Shown: positions 1 through 15,110 of the stretch, piece by piece
Layout of the letters: the number at the start of each line of letters is the position of its first letter
How positions within the stretch are numbered: position 1 is the first letter of the stretch
Assembly (NCBI RefSeq): GCF_009914755.1
Contig: NC_060928.1
Strand: one strand, 5' to 3'
Length of the DNA: 64,000 bases
Origin: the human T2T-CHM13v2.0 reference genome, Homo sapiens
Notes under the pieces: model-generated
Database searches by the model: none
Told to the model about the DNA's origin: nothing
The model's input: the letters and a program-made list of their open reading frames with translations, nothing else
Position numbers and translations under genes: made by a program

Positions 1-1575
1 ATTCACCTTGGTAACAGTAGCGTGGATAGGGCATTATATGGAGAAATTATACAACATATTTACCAAATGTAATGGGCTGATTCTATCACCATATTTTAGA
101 ACATAAAATGTGTATTTGACTAACAGATATTTTACCTTAAATTGCTTTTCTTAGTGTATTACAAACCTATTTTCTGACACTGGTTATTACTTATTTCTAC
201 AGCCTTTATTAGAGGAGCAGTTAAAGAGTAACTTCCACTCTTAAAAAGGTTGATTTGTTTTGCTCCAGGAAGGAGTCTGGTGTGAAATGTTGAGACAAGC
301 CTTACTTAAAGGGCAGTTGCCAGGTGACAGTAGAAATCATTCATCTCCTTCGTATCCTACCTTACCTTTTCTTTCCCCATCTTTCTAACAGTGAAAGTAA
401 TTGGTTACAAAGTCAGTATCCTTGCTTGCCTATTTGCAATGCTCTTTATTTTATCATTATTTTTTAATCCCCTCATTTCAAGAGATAGCCAATCATAGAT
501 GCAACCATGCACATCTATAAAAGAGAGAATGAAACAGGGACACTACATAATGGTTTTAATCATTGTAGTTAGCGTATTTTCCTCTTGTGCATTAGAAAGT
601 TAGGCTAAGTTATTTAATTGTTTGCTGATTGTTAAGACATTTACCTTGTAAGGGCATTCATTATCTATTCAGAGAAATTCTTCAGCTTACAAATGAAGAG
701 ACTTTCATTCTGGGTGCTTTTATATATTTAAAAATATTTTAGCTATTGAGGTTTCCTGTACTTAATCCAGTCTTTTACTTTCTTTCATGGAAAAAAAAGG
801 GCAGGTCTAAATGCAAATTAACATTACTGTTTAAATATCACAGACCATTTTCTCTGAGCCCAGTTACAATAACTAGTAATTATAAAAATTGCTTGCCTTC
901 GGCTTCCGGCTAAGCCAGTGCTAAACTTGTCCTTTTATTAGATCTGTCAGACTGAGTTAATTATCTTTATGATAATAGATGTGCCTTACCTCCAACAAAA
1001 CAAATACACTTATAATTAGCTTTTTAGTTAGAAGTTTAATTTATTTATAAAGACTGTTTGTTTTCCTTTTTGCCTGTTTTAAAAACCAGAGCATGGGGAG
1101 GGAGGATTTCTAGTTTATCAGGTTACCAGCCTGCTTACTAGTTTATAAAGACAGAGAGGAAAAACGACTCATTATATCTAACCACCAGGTCCACTGTTTC
1201 ATAGTGGTTCATTCCTCTTCAATATTAGATCAGTTCAACTCCAAGGCATTTTATTTTTCTCTACGTACACAAAAAAGGCCCTTTTTATCTGCTTTCTGCC
1301 TTCTCAACAGAGCAGTGTTATGGAAGCTATTATATGGAAGTACTAACAAGTATGAATTGGAAAGCTTTCTGTATTACAGCAGAGCTGCATTAAAAATCAA
1401 ATCATTTTATACTGGTGCCATGTCCCCAGACGTTTGTGGCACATGCTCCTCTTTCATCTACAACCAGCATGTTTCAGAATATTACACAACTGCCTGCAAT
1501 GAATTACTGGAAAGTATCTATGATGAAACAGCAAAGCATAAGGAAAAAAAACATATGTTTTGTGTCATGTCAAAG

Positions 1576-1772
1576 CTGAGTTTCAGCTTTGGTTCTGATG
1601 CTCATTGCTGTGTCACTTAGGCCAGTTGTTCAACCTCTGTGCCTAAGTTTCTGCATCAGTATAATGAGAATAATACCTACATTAAGAGGGGCTATTGGGA
1701 AGACTCAAAAATAATGTATACAGAAGGTTCAACACAGTGCCTGACTCAGTATGGGGTACTTTTCATTATTAT
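1576..1772 (+). mobile_element. MIR SINE (decayed)
   Basis: Core gctgtgtcacttaggccagttgttcaacctctgtgcctaagtttctgcatc...aacacagtgcctgac resembles the MIR core and 3' tail. Confidence 0.8.
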
Positions 1773-3107
1773 TATTGTTAGAATTATGAAGGAGTATAGA
1801 TGCATGGAGAATCTGAAGTCACTATTAAAAACTAATAATCATTTTATAGGTTCTACTTTATATGTAGATATGTATTCTACTGATTTGTAAAACGACTTCC
1901 CTGATCATCTAGAAATTTCTTCTGATTCAAACAAAAATAATGAAAGCCCATACAAAGAAATGATTTTCCAAAGCTGCTATGCTGAACTTCTACCACTGTC
2001 ATGCTGAAAATGGGCTGCTTTATCTCAGAGTTATTTGCACAAAGCATAACTCTTTTTTCCTTTCTTTCTATAAATGGACTAACTCATTTTGATTTGAAAA
2101 ATTCTATTGGCTTAATGTTCCCTTCCAGTTGTGATTTGCCAAATATAGAGATCTTGGTTATGATAGCAAAGATCTTATTCACTCAATATAGAACCTAAAG
2201 ATTGTTTTTTAAATGTGAAGTCAGATTTACCCAGAATAACATTCAAGCTGCAGGCAAATCATTATAAGTGAGCATTTTAAGCTGATTCCTGGCAAGAAGA
2301 GGTACCCCAGTGTTGGGAGTGGTGATGTAACACCTTGACCGTATAGCCAACTGCTCACACACCTGAATAGAGAGCATGGGAGGGATGTGAGGGGAAGGAG
2401 CTCAGGGCAGTACAGAGCCTAACAGTGCCATCCTGAGTTGAGCATCCTGGCACCTAACACTGAACAGATTTGTTTCTAGAGGTGCTTTAGGTGTTTGGGC
2501 ATCAAGAAGCAGGATGCGATCATTCAAGTGCCATCCAAGGCCCCTTGCTGTAGGAGTTCCATGACTTTCCCAGTCAGGACATTATGCCATCTACATTATA
2601 TTCTTATGAAATCACCTGAAGGTCTTTTCTGTACCTCAGGACCATGGTAAACACACTCAAATCCCTCTATTCCATTATCAAACTATGTGGATTTTTCTTA
2701 AAGTCAAGGGTCCCTTTTATTCCCTTTTTCCTAAATAGGGATGGAAGTCTTTGTTTCAGGGCTCTCTGGCTGGTGTTGCCAACATGAGATTATGGGACAT
2801 ATTTCTGTGACCTGTACTTTAGTCCTGAGCTCCTACAACAGGAAATGTATTCGTTAATTCAATAGCGATTTTTTTTGTGCCAAAGCAATGTGCTGGAGGC
2901 AGCGTGTACAGCAGTAAAATGTTAAACACATTCTCTGTTCTTTCTTTACCTCTGCTCCCACATGTTTTGTAAAAGGTCAGCTGCGACATGAAGACAATCC
3001 AGGGACAACTACAACAACATGGAGATGGGCACATTATGCAATAATCCAGAGAAAAGAAATATTCATATTTAGAAGAATAGTATTTAAAAGAACATTTTAT
3101 CACTTAG

Positions 3108-3506
<399 letters not shown>

Positions 3507-3597
3507 TAACTATTTTAGTAGTTAAGAAAACAAATCTAGGTACTTAGTAAAGATATCTGGAGTTTGTATTCTTATTAAAATATATAGGCATATCATC

Positions 3598-3680
3598 TAT
3601 TGATTCAACAAATACTAATTAGGATGCTAATATTTATCAGGTACTTCTAGGCACTGGGTATTGCTAGTGAACAGGGCCTT
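3598..3680 (-). mobile_element. L2 3' end fragment
   Basis: attcaacaaata...ctaggcactgggta...gtgaacag matches the reverse complement of the L2 terminus. Confidence 0.55.
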
Positions 3681-4833
3681 CTAGCTGCTGCTGTATCATA
3701 ACATACACTTTTCTTATATCTGTACATAAGGCTAGGTACATAATACAGAAGAAGCTGCCTCAAACCTGTTCAGCCTAAACAACTTTCTAATCAACCCTTC
3801 CATTTTCCCTCTCAAACCTACTGAATAATGTAGCACCCTGCACTTTTATAACTGCTCCTACTCTGTTGAAGTATGGGTTTATGAAAAACCATGTTTTTTT
3901 GGTTTCTAAATTTTGTGTGTACCGGTTTTTCTTTTTAGTGTATTTATGGGAGTTAATTAAATAGGTAAACTAGTTAAATGTGAGCATAAAAAGAGAATTG
4001 TAAATTGTATAAAACTAATTGAGATGTTTGAGAGAGACTCAATAGGAATGAGTCACTAAGATGCATTTGTTTTTGAAATAAAAACAAGTGCAGCAAATGC
4101 TCATCTATCCTCACATGTATCTGGTAATGGGGAATGCCCTCTGGACATTTGCGATGACTGTATCTATGGCTGGCTGAGGATTGGAAGGTATAATGGAGCT
4201 CATAGAGCATTTGAAATATGGGAGCCTTCCTCAAAGTAATTTTGATGAATATCCTAAAGAATGAAAAGTAATAATTCACATTCTCTGTTTCACAAGAAAT
4301 TAAAAATGTCTTCATTTATCCTTCATGAATGAATTCATGATTTAAATATTTTGGTAAAAAGAATTTTTTTAATAGCTGCTAGTAAGACTAAGTGAAGGAA
4401 ATGGGGCTGAATGTAAAAAGGCCAATCTTGCCTTCCTTTTCTTTCTTCTGTGTAAATCATTTGGGGCTTTTCTTTGCTACTGCTGTGCTCCAGTGAGCCA
4501 ATCTGATCTCTTAAGTCATTATTACCTTTTTTGCCTGAATGGCAGGGCTACATACAAATAGAACTTGTAGTGTAATTCTACACTTGTATTAACACTTATT
4601 TCTCTCCATTTTATTTAAGAGTAATGGTGCAGAGAGGCCCCAAAATAATATTAGACTCTAGTAGAGTGTCTGCAAATTACCATCCATTTCTCTGTATCCT
4701 GCATTTCCTTAGCTGTCACTTCCATGAGCTTATTCATAGACTTTAGCTCTTGCATCTGGTTCTACCACTGATGCTTTTCAAAGATTTATCAGATAGAGGT
4801 GGGGGATGGTTTTGCATGTGTCTATTTAATTAA

Positions 4834-5150
<317 letters not shown>

Positions 5151-5329
5151 TAAACAGTTCCCGTCTCCTCACACATGGTTTCTACAGTGATCTCTTTCTA
5201 AAAGCCAGGTCAGGCATCTTCTCTTAGGCAATTCACATTCCTGGGCACTGTTTGTTTCTATTATGTCATCTCCTGCTCTTCAGATCAGGAGACATTGTGG
5301 TAAAAGTGGGGGTATAAATCTCCACCTCA

Positions 5330-5625
5330 CAAAACATTCAAAGATCCAGTCTGATGGAGGCTCTGTCATCTTTAACATGTGTCTTCACAGATGACCTGGG
5401 CATTACTACCCAGTCAGAAAAGTAGAAATGAGTATGAAGGAGTATGCATGGGAAATTTATAAGGCCCAGTCCTGGGAGCTGGAAATATTACTTGCATGTA
5501 TATTAGCCCTTGGTCACATAACTGCACAAAATTGCAAAAATAAAATAAAATAAATTGTGAAATGTAGGCTGTCTGTGGACCCAAGAAGAAGAAATGGCTT
5601 TTGGTTTCAGGTGACAGTGACCACC
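5330..5625 (-). mobile_element. Old MaLR LTR fragment (MLT1J/K-like)
   Basis: Motifs ctgatggaggctctgtcatc, ggtcacataactgcac and gtgaaatgtaggctg typical of old MLT1 LTRs. Confidence 0.55.
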
Positions 5626-6743
5626 ACAGTGACGTTATAGTTTTTCCGGAACCCAGTTGTTGGATCAAAGAGACCATCAATTACAAAGTGGAATTTTAGT
5701 GTGACAGGATTGAAAGATGAAAAGGTTTGGAAATGAGCATTCTTACACAAAAACTCTCTTAGAAATCCCAATTTAATGTGTTACGCTCAAAGGTTCTTGT
5801 CACTAGTGATCATCAGCCTTGCTATCAGAATGTGGGTTCTCAAATTTTCTGTGTCTTCTGGGAGACACAGTTGGGTTAAGAGTGACTCTGCCTCTTGAGA
5901 ATGAAGTTCTGCCATGTTAGGAAAAACCCCAATGGAGGGCTTGCTAAACCTCTTACCTACAGCCACATCTGAAACGGTGGCCTAGGTCCAGTCCATTTGG
6001 GTCATGGTTTTTGGAATCTGCTGTTGTGAAGATTCTCACTACCAAGGATGAGGAGCCACTCTAGCAGTCAGATCTCCATTTGTCTACAAAGCTGTCTCTA
6101 CTACATGACCAAAATTGAGTAATTCCTCATGGGCAAAAATATAACAGCCTTGGCAAATGGTTTCAACTGGTCCTATGCAATACAATTATGTTATAACCTA
6201 GCCTGGTTATAGGGTAGCAGTGCCCAGCTGGGTATGATAGTAGCTGCAAATATTGAGACCTCCACAAATCACATTGTATTCCCATGGTACCTTCAGGGGT
6301 GGTGAAATGGAGGCTATCTATACACCCATAAATAAACTGGCAGCAAAGAAAGCGCAAACTCTTAGATGTTTCCTATATTAGATACAAGGAACAAGGTACC
6401 ATTCCAAGTCTTTCTATAGCAGTTCTCCAGGGAGGGATTGGAGATATTTGATAAGCAATATTCATTGCATATCCTTCACTTGGTGCCCATTTGTAGTAAT
6501 ATTTACTCAACATTTTTTGCATTTATTAAAATAAACTATGACTTATAAGAATTAGGTATCAGAGCATTTTTATCAGACTCTCAATTGAATTCCTTGCAGG
6601 ACTTCTTCAGTGGCCACATTAATTTTGCATGAATAACCTACTAGTTCTGAAAACAAAATTAGATATATTTTGGTGAACTTAAAGAACACTTCGATATCTA
6701 GATTTGCTTCCACACAGTGATATTATCAGTATGTTGTCATTAA

Positions 6744-7071
<328 letters not shown>

Positions 7072-9734
7072 CTGATATTACTAGATTTTCTAAAATGAAT
7101 ACTAATACTAGTATGGTTTGGTGGGTTCTGTTTTCAGTAGGTTAGCTCAGGTGTTAGAGATTTTGACTTTAGATATTGTGGCTGCTTTTAATTTTCTGTG
7201 AAAAAGACATTTTCAACCATTATTTTGTCACCTTTGTAGATGCCCCTCATGTATAACAGCTCATAGGAATGGATTAGAGGAGATGAAGTGGATGATGAAG
7301 AAAATTTTTCCTTAGCAAATCCCTGTTATTCCTTTTGTTCCAACATCTCCCTCTTGGTATCAGTTCAGTTTGTATTTTCAAGGTCCATGATGGACCTCAG
7401 ATTTATTCCTCTGCAAAGATATCAGGCCATTTTTATCTACCAAAAGAATATCATCCATGTGTAACTTTGCCTCTCTACAGCATCTAAATCAGAAAAGTTA
7501 GAGCATGACATAGGAAGGATCCCTCAAAATATAGTTTTGGAGATTACAAAGCTTAAGAGTCATTATTTCTCCTTCCCTCTATGTCACAAAAATAGAAAAT
7601 AGACACAAGGATCACTAGCTAAATGTGAGAAGGTATTAGCTTTGCTAATGGCTAATCAGGTGCCCAATTGTCCTCCTAATATAGGCCTCCTGATAAAGTA
7701 TGTTAGAGAATGTAGCTTAGAACCAAAGCCTGATGAAAAGTTTTTATTTTCATTTTAAAATGAGACCTTCAAGGAGAGCTGGGTCTGCAGAATAGACTCC
7801 AATTATACAAAGCTGGCCTGCCAAAAGAACTGTAGGCCTGGTTCATGCATGGTTACCAGAGAGAGAGAGAGAAAGAGAGAGAAATGGCAGGTCTTCTTGA
7901 GGGCACTTATGTTATGGGAACAGAGAACAGAAAAGGAAAGCTCACTCCCTATGTGTGTAAGCAGTTCCAGGACAGCGAGAGACTATACCTGACCTCAGCA
8001 ATGAGCTGCTGCATGATAACCACACCCACTACTAAAAGTATGTTCTTACCATACCTGGGTTCTCACTAATCAAGGTCAGCTGTTCTCCCTCTTTAGAGGA
8101 GGAGGGAATAAGACAGCGAGAAAATACTGAAGTGCAGTGTGAGAAGTTACAGGATTAAATGCATACAGGCACAACTCGATTTATCATGCTTTGATTTATT
8201 GTGCTTTGCAGATAATGCATTTTTTACAAATTGGAAGTTTATGACAATTCTGAGTCCAGCAAGTCTATCAACACCACTATTTGTACTCATTTCATGTTTC
8301 TGCATCATATTTTTGTAATTCTTGGAATATTTCAGACTTTTTCATGTTTATTATATCTGTCATGGTGATCTGTGATGCAGTGATTTCTGATGTTACTATT
8401 GTGATTGTTTTGGGGTGCCATGAACTGTGCCCTTGTAAGATGGCAAACTTAATCAATAGATGTGTGTGTTCTGACTGCTCCACAAACAAGTTGTTCCCTC
8501 TTCTCTCTCCCTTTCTTGGGCTTTTCTATTCCCTGAGACACAACAATATTGAATGTAGACCAATTAATAACCCTGCAATGGCCTCTAACTGTTCAAGTGA
8601 AAGGAAAAGTTGCATGTCTCTCACTTTAAATCAAAAGCTAGAAATGATTACGCTTAGTGAGGAGAGCATGTTGAAAAGCAAGATAGGCTGAAAGGCAGGC
8701 CTTTTTGTGCCAGAGCTAAGTTGGGGATGCAAAGAGGAAGTTCTCAAAGAAAACTAAAAGTGCTACTCCAGTGAACACACAGATTAAAAAAAAAGCAAAG
8801 CAGCCTTATTGCTGACATGGAGAAAGTTGGAGTGGTCTAGATACATGGTTGAATCAGCCACAACATTCCCTTAAACCAAAACCTCTCTGCAATTCTACAA
8901 TGACTGAGACAGGTGGGAAAGCTGAAGAAGAAAAATCTGATCTGATGCTAGCAGAGGTAGGTTGATGAGGTTTAAGGATAGAAGCTATTTCCATATCATA
9001 AAAGTACAAGGTGAAACAGCAAGTGCTGATATAGAAGCTATAGTAAGTTATCCAGAAGACTTGGCCAAGGTAAGTGATGAATGTGACCACACAAAGCAAC
9101 AGATTTTCAATGTAGATAAAACAGCCTTATATTGGAAGATGTCATCTAGGACTTTCATAGCCAGAGAGAAGGAATCAACACTTGGCTTTAAAGCTTCAAA
9201 GGAGAGGCTGACTTTCTTTTTTAGGGGCTAAGGAATCTAATGACTTTAAGTCAAACAAATGGTTATTTAAAATTCTGAAAATTCTAGAGCCCTTAAAAGT
9301 GATGCTAAATCTATTTATCTGCACACTTGAACCAGAACAACAAAGCCTGGATGACACCATGCCTATTTACAACATGGTTTCCTGAATATTTTAAGCCAAC
9401 TGTTGAGACTTATGACTCAGAAATTTTTTTTTAAATACTTCTGCTCATTGACAGTGCACCTGGTCACCCAAGAACGCTAACAAAGATGTACAGAAAATTA
9501 ATGTTTTCATGCCTTCTAACACAACATTCATTCTGCAGTGCATAAATGAAAGAATAATTTCAACTTTCAAGTCTTAACATTAAAAAATGATCTTATCATT
9601 TTGTAAAGCTATGGCTTCTATAGACAGTGATTCTTCTGTGGATCTGGGCAAAGAAATTTGAAAGTCTTCCAGAAAGGGTTCACCTTTCTAGTGCCATTAA
9701 GAAAAGTAAAACCTTTATGGAAAACAATATGGAG

Positions 9735-10096
9735 TTAAAAAAATAGAAAATCATGTCCTTTTTAGCAACGTGGATGCAGCTGAAGGCCATTATACTAAGT
9801 AAAACAATGCAAAAACAGAAAATCAAACACTGCATGGCATCACTTACAAGTGAGAGCTAAACAATGGATACAAATGAACATAAAGATGGAAAAAATATAG
9901 ACACTGGGAACTCCAAATGAGGGTATGGAGGGAGAGAGATAAGGATAGAAGAACTACTTATTGGGTACTACGTTCACTATTTGGGTGATGGGCTCACTGG
10001 AAGCCCAAATTCCAGCATTATGCAATATACCCACATGACAAATCTCAACATGTACCCTATGAATCTACAAAAAATGCTAAAAATAATACAAAAGAT
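9735..10096 (+). mobile_element. Second L1 3' end (L1PB-like) nested inside the first L1
   Basis: aaaatcatgtcctttttagcaacgtggatgcagctg...catgtaccctatgaatcta plus A-rich tail; near-TSD aacaatatgga / aactatatgga. Confidence 0.8.
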
Positions 10097-10285
10097 AACT
10101 ATATGGAAATTTCTCAACTAAAAATAGATTTGACCCAGCAACCCTACTATGGGTATATACCCAAAGGAAAAGAAATAATTATATCAAAAACTGTACATCT
10201 GTGTACCCTCCAGCACTATTCACAATAGCAAAGTCATGGAATCAACCTAAATGCCCATCAAACAGATGATTGAATAAGGAAAATG

Positions 10286-10505
10286 TGATATATATATGTA
10301 TATATGTGTGTATATATACACACATACATATATGTATACATATATACACATACATATATATCTGTGTATATATATATACATATATACATATGTGTATATA
10401 CATATGTATACATATATGTGTGTATATATACACACACATGTATATGTGTGTATATATACACACACATGTATATGTGTGTGTATATATACACAGACACACA
10501 CACAC
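10286..10505. repeat. Compound (TA/CA/TG)n microsatellite
   Basis: About 220 bp of almost uninterrupted alternating purine-pyrimidine dinucleotides inside the L1. Confidence 0.97.
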
Positions 10506-12367
10506 CATGGAATACTATACAGCCATAAAAGAATGAAATTATGTCAACATTGGTGGTGCTGGAAGCTATTATCCTAAGTGAAGTAACTCAGAAACCAAAA
10601 ATCAAATACCATATATTCTAACTTACAAGTGAGAGCTAAACAATGGGTATGCATGGACATACAAAGGGAAACAATAGACACTGGAGACTCCAAAAGGGAG
10701 GAGGATGAAAGGGGGAGTGAGGGTTGAAAGGTTACCTATTGGGCACCATGTTTAATATTTGGGTGATGAGAAACCCAAACCTCACTATTACGCAATATAT
10801 CCATGTAACGAATCTGCATGTGTACCTTCTGAATCTATTTTTTTTGAAAACAACATTTGAGATTTATGGAAGGACATGAAAATATCAACATTAGCAAGAG
10901 TTTAGGAGAAGTTCATTCCAACCCTCAGAGATGACTAAATTGCTGCAATGTCATGACAATACTTTAACAGATGAAGATTTGTTTTTTATGGATGTGCAAA
11001 GAAAATGTTTTGAGATTAAATCTCCTGGGGAAGATGCTGTAAATATTGTTGAAATGACAACAAAGAATTCAGAATATTATTAATACATAAGCTTACTTGA
11101 TATTGACTACAATTTTGAAAGAAGTTCTACTGTGGGTGAAATGCTATCAAATAGCATTGAGTGATACAGAGAAATCTTTCATGGAACAAGTCAGTTCACG
11201 GGTTAAATTTCATTGCTGTCTTATTTTAAGGAATTGCTATAGTCACTCTAACCTTCAGCAACCACCACTCTTATCAGTCAGCAGCCATCGTCAACATTGA
11301 GGAAAGACGCTCCACGAGCAAAAGAATTATGGCTTGCTGAAAGCTCAGATAGATTATTTTTAACATATTTAGCAATAAAGCATTTTTAATATTAAAGTAT
11401 ATACATTGCTTTCTTAGACATAATGCTATTGCACACTTAGGCTACAGTATTATGTAAACATAACTTTTATATTCACTGGGAAAACAAAAAAAATTCATAT
11501 GACTCACTTTATTGCAACATTTACTTTATTGTGGTGGTTTGGAACTGAACCTGCAATATCTCAGAGGTATGCCTGTACTTCTGCACATGCTTTTATGTGT
11601 TGTAGTAGGATTATTTCTTGGAAAGCCTAAGAGTTCCTTTGTTTTCATCAGGCACAATGAAAGCAGAAAGAAATATTCTGAATTGGCTGAAAGCAAAAGG
11701 TGAGGGAAGAAAATGGGTAGCTCAACTCCCATGGCTTTGAAAGGATTGCTCGTAAGGTGGCAGGACTGGTATAGACAGGTAGTGTCTCTAAATGTTATAT
11801 TGACTCAAAGTGCCCCAACTCAGACTTCCACAAGGTCTTTCTTTATGTGGTAGCTAATGATGCTTTCATCCCCATCTGGCATTCAGTGTTCCAGGTCCTT
11901 CCCCACCTCTACCCCTAGCACCTGCCTTCTCAAGGACATGAAAGCTAGAATTTGAAATGAAATTGAGGACTGATAAGTAGGAATGTTTTAGAGGAAAGGA
12001 ACGTTCCAAATTCTGCCACAAGGGAGATCTCTTATTTGGGGACAGGTTTACCACTTATTCAACAAACATTTATCAAGTGGAATGTAGCCATCTTCAAGGG
12101 TCTACTGATGCCAATTTGTGAAACCGTAATAAAAGGTGAAGACAGTCTGCCACTTTAGTTGTTCCCTTGATAGTAAAATGTTGTTGAAAACAAAGGCTAA
12201 TGTTAGTGTTTGAAACATAATACCAAGTTATAAGGTGATCATCGATAATATGTTCATCTGTATTTTTAATATCATTATTGAAACTCAAAAAGAAATTCAG
12301 AGATCATGTGGACCAGAAAAATATATCCTAAGAATGCCAGAGACGTTATTCCACAGTTTTAGGAATG

Positions 12368-12600
12368 GTAGTGTAGAGGAAAAAAAGAATTATTCTGGGT
12401 CTCAAATAGACTGAAATTCTAATCCTGGCTCTGGAACTTATGAGATGCTTTATCTTAGCCAGGTTATATAATGTAATAACTTTATATTCAAAAAATGAGA
12501 ATAATACAGCTTATATCATGGAGTTCTTATGAAAAGACATACCATGATGTGTGTAATATATGTCCTATAGCATGTTACCAAGTAGACTCCTAATCAATAT
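12368..12600 (+). mobile_element. MIR SINE (decayed)
   Basis: gtagtgtagaggaaa...ttctaatcctggctctggaactta...aaaatgagaataata. Confidence 0.65.
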
Positions 12601-13019
12601 GGGTTCCTTTTATGCCACACTGCCACCTCTTCTCCATTAAGCGCAAGGAACAATATTAGAGATTCAATGATCAATTTAACATCCACAAGAGGTTCCCAAT
12701 GTATTAAGACAATAGAAATGTAAACACAAATACAATACATTGTGATAAATTATCACAATAGAAAATGTAACACATAGAAAAAATATACGTTTTAAATTGT
12801 AGAAGAGAAATGCTTATGTGATTACAGAATTATGAGGCATTTTTAAGATGGCTATGATGTAAGAAAGAAATATAAAATCCCATTTTAAAAATTACATGGT
12901 TTTCTTATGCCAATATAAAAACATACTAATAGTTCCAACGTTTTATTTATGCCATATAGGATGATAGTTAAAAATTGGAGAAAGAATCTAGTACTAAAAA
13001 AAAAGCAATGATTTTCAAT

Positions 13020-13183
13020 AAAGAAAAAAGAGGAAGAGAGGCCTAAGCTAACATGCTCTTGCCCCATTGCCATATGATACCCTCCACCATGTTAAGAAAT
13101 AAGAAAAAGGCCCACCCTAATGCAACCCCTTGACCTTCGACTCCCCAGCCTCTAGAGCTGTAAGAAATAAATTCATTCTCTTT
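13020..13183 (+). mobile_element. MST-type MaLR LTR fragment
   Basis: gccatatgataccctccaccatgtt...cccttgaccttcgactccccagcctctagagctgtaagaaataaattc. Confidence 0.75.
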
Positions 13184-13189
13184 AGAAAA

Positions 13190-13412
13190 GACATGAGGCT
13201 ACTGCAGCTTTCTTACCACCACATAGCAACTGCAAATGAAACCAGTAACAGGAGAGAGTAAGAACCAGCAAAGAGATGGTCTTAAGAGCATCATTAGAAG
13301 CATCATTTCCAGCCTGCAATTTCAGTTACCTGAACCAATGTATTTATTTTCTACTTAGGTCAATTTGGGTTATGTTTTATTTTACTTGCAACCAGAGGAC
13401 TCCTGAATAAAG
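13190..13412 (+). mobile_element. Old MLT1 LTR 3' fragment
   Basis: ttcagttacctgaaccaat...tttgggtt...acttgcaaccaga resembles the MLT1J/K 3' end. Confidence 0.5.
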
Positions 13413-14083
13413 AAGTAGGGTTGCTTAGATGCCTAGTCATGTTATTTTCCAAAATTGTTATATACTTGCTATGTATCTTTTATTGTATGTGTTTAATATT
13501 ATATTAAAAAATAAACTGTCTCGTAATTCTGGCTTAAGAAGTTGCACATCACCAGGGTCATTATAAGACTCTCTGAGGTTCTCCCCATCATCAGCTACAC
13601 ATTCCAGAGATAACAACTAATGTAAATTTTATGTTTATCATAACTTCACCTGTTTTTGAATATTATTAAAATGCCACATTATTCTTCAGAAATTTACTTT
13701 TTTGTTAAGAATCATGTCGTAGTCTACATAACTATTTTCACAATTGTATGAATAGATCACAGTTTATTTAAACACTGTACTGCTGAATAACCTTTGAGAT
13801 GTATTTGAGTGAACTATTAAAAATGGGCTTTATGAACATTCTGATTGTGTTCTCTGGTGCAGATGAGTAAGATTTTCTCCACATATATCCAGAGAAGAAA
13901 CTATAAAGTTATAAGACAGTCACATCTTCAATATTACTAAATAATATCAAGGCTTTCCCATAGTATTTTTTGCAGAAGTGTTATTTCCACCAATAGTGTG
14001 GGAGATTCTTCTTTACTTTAAATTCTTGCCTATCTGGGGTTTTGTCAAAATTTTTTATTTCTACTCAATCTGTGAAATTGTAA

Positions 14084-14479
<396 letters not shown>

Positions 14480-14790
14480 ATGCATTTTGTTCATTTTTCT
14501 ATTGCACTATCTGTCTTTTAATTATTAATTTATATTTTCGTTATGTATTTTGGATTCTAATCTTTTACTGGTCTGTATTTTACAGAAATTTTCTCCCAGT
14601 TTGTGGCAGATCTTTTCACTCTTATGATACCATTTGATGACCAGAAGTTTAAAAAAATTTAACATATATGAATTTATTAATTCTCTTATTTTATGAATTA
14701 TGTATATTAAGAATCCTTCTCTATGCCAAGTTCATTTTTCTGTATTTTATTCTAAAAATGTAAAAGTTTGCCTTTTAAAAGTGTCTCCTA

Positions 14791-15110
<320 letters not shown>

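Larger units (their letters stand above)
9705..10848 (+). mobile_element. L1 3' portion (L1PB/L1MA-age) inserted in Tigger1
   Basis: ORF2 end (ccagcaaccctactatgggtatatacccaaagg, cactattcacaatagcaaag) and 3' UTR; Tigger1 stops at gccattaagaa and resumes at aacatttgagatt. Confidence 0.88.
8578..11170 (+). pseudogene. Decayed Tigger1 transposase (CENP-B-like HTH plus DDE-type domain), stops, frameshifts and L1 interruption
   Basis: ATG at 8578; ORF pieces 8281-8691 and 8962-9231 ([26 protein letters not shown] = pogo-family FNxDET-like motif); end approximate. Confidence 0.85.
8166..11575 (+). mobile_element. Tigger1 DNA transposon (TcMar-Tigger), both ends present, interrupted by L1 insertions
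   Basis: TA-flanked TIRs ta|caggcacaactc ... gaggtatgcctg|ta; internal sequence encodes MASNCSSERKSCMSLTLNQKLEMITLSEE, the Tigger1 transposase N-terminus. Confidence 0.95.

Noticed and set aside
1204-1890. 138-aa and 83-aa ORFs
   Set aside because: Non-ATG starts, run into a MIR, no recognisable domain or exon structure.
10242-10577. Six overlapping Y/I/H/T/C/V-rich ORFs
   Set aside because: Artefacts of the stop-poor dinucleotide microsatellite.
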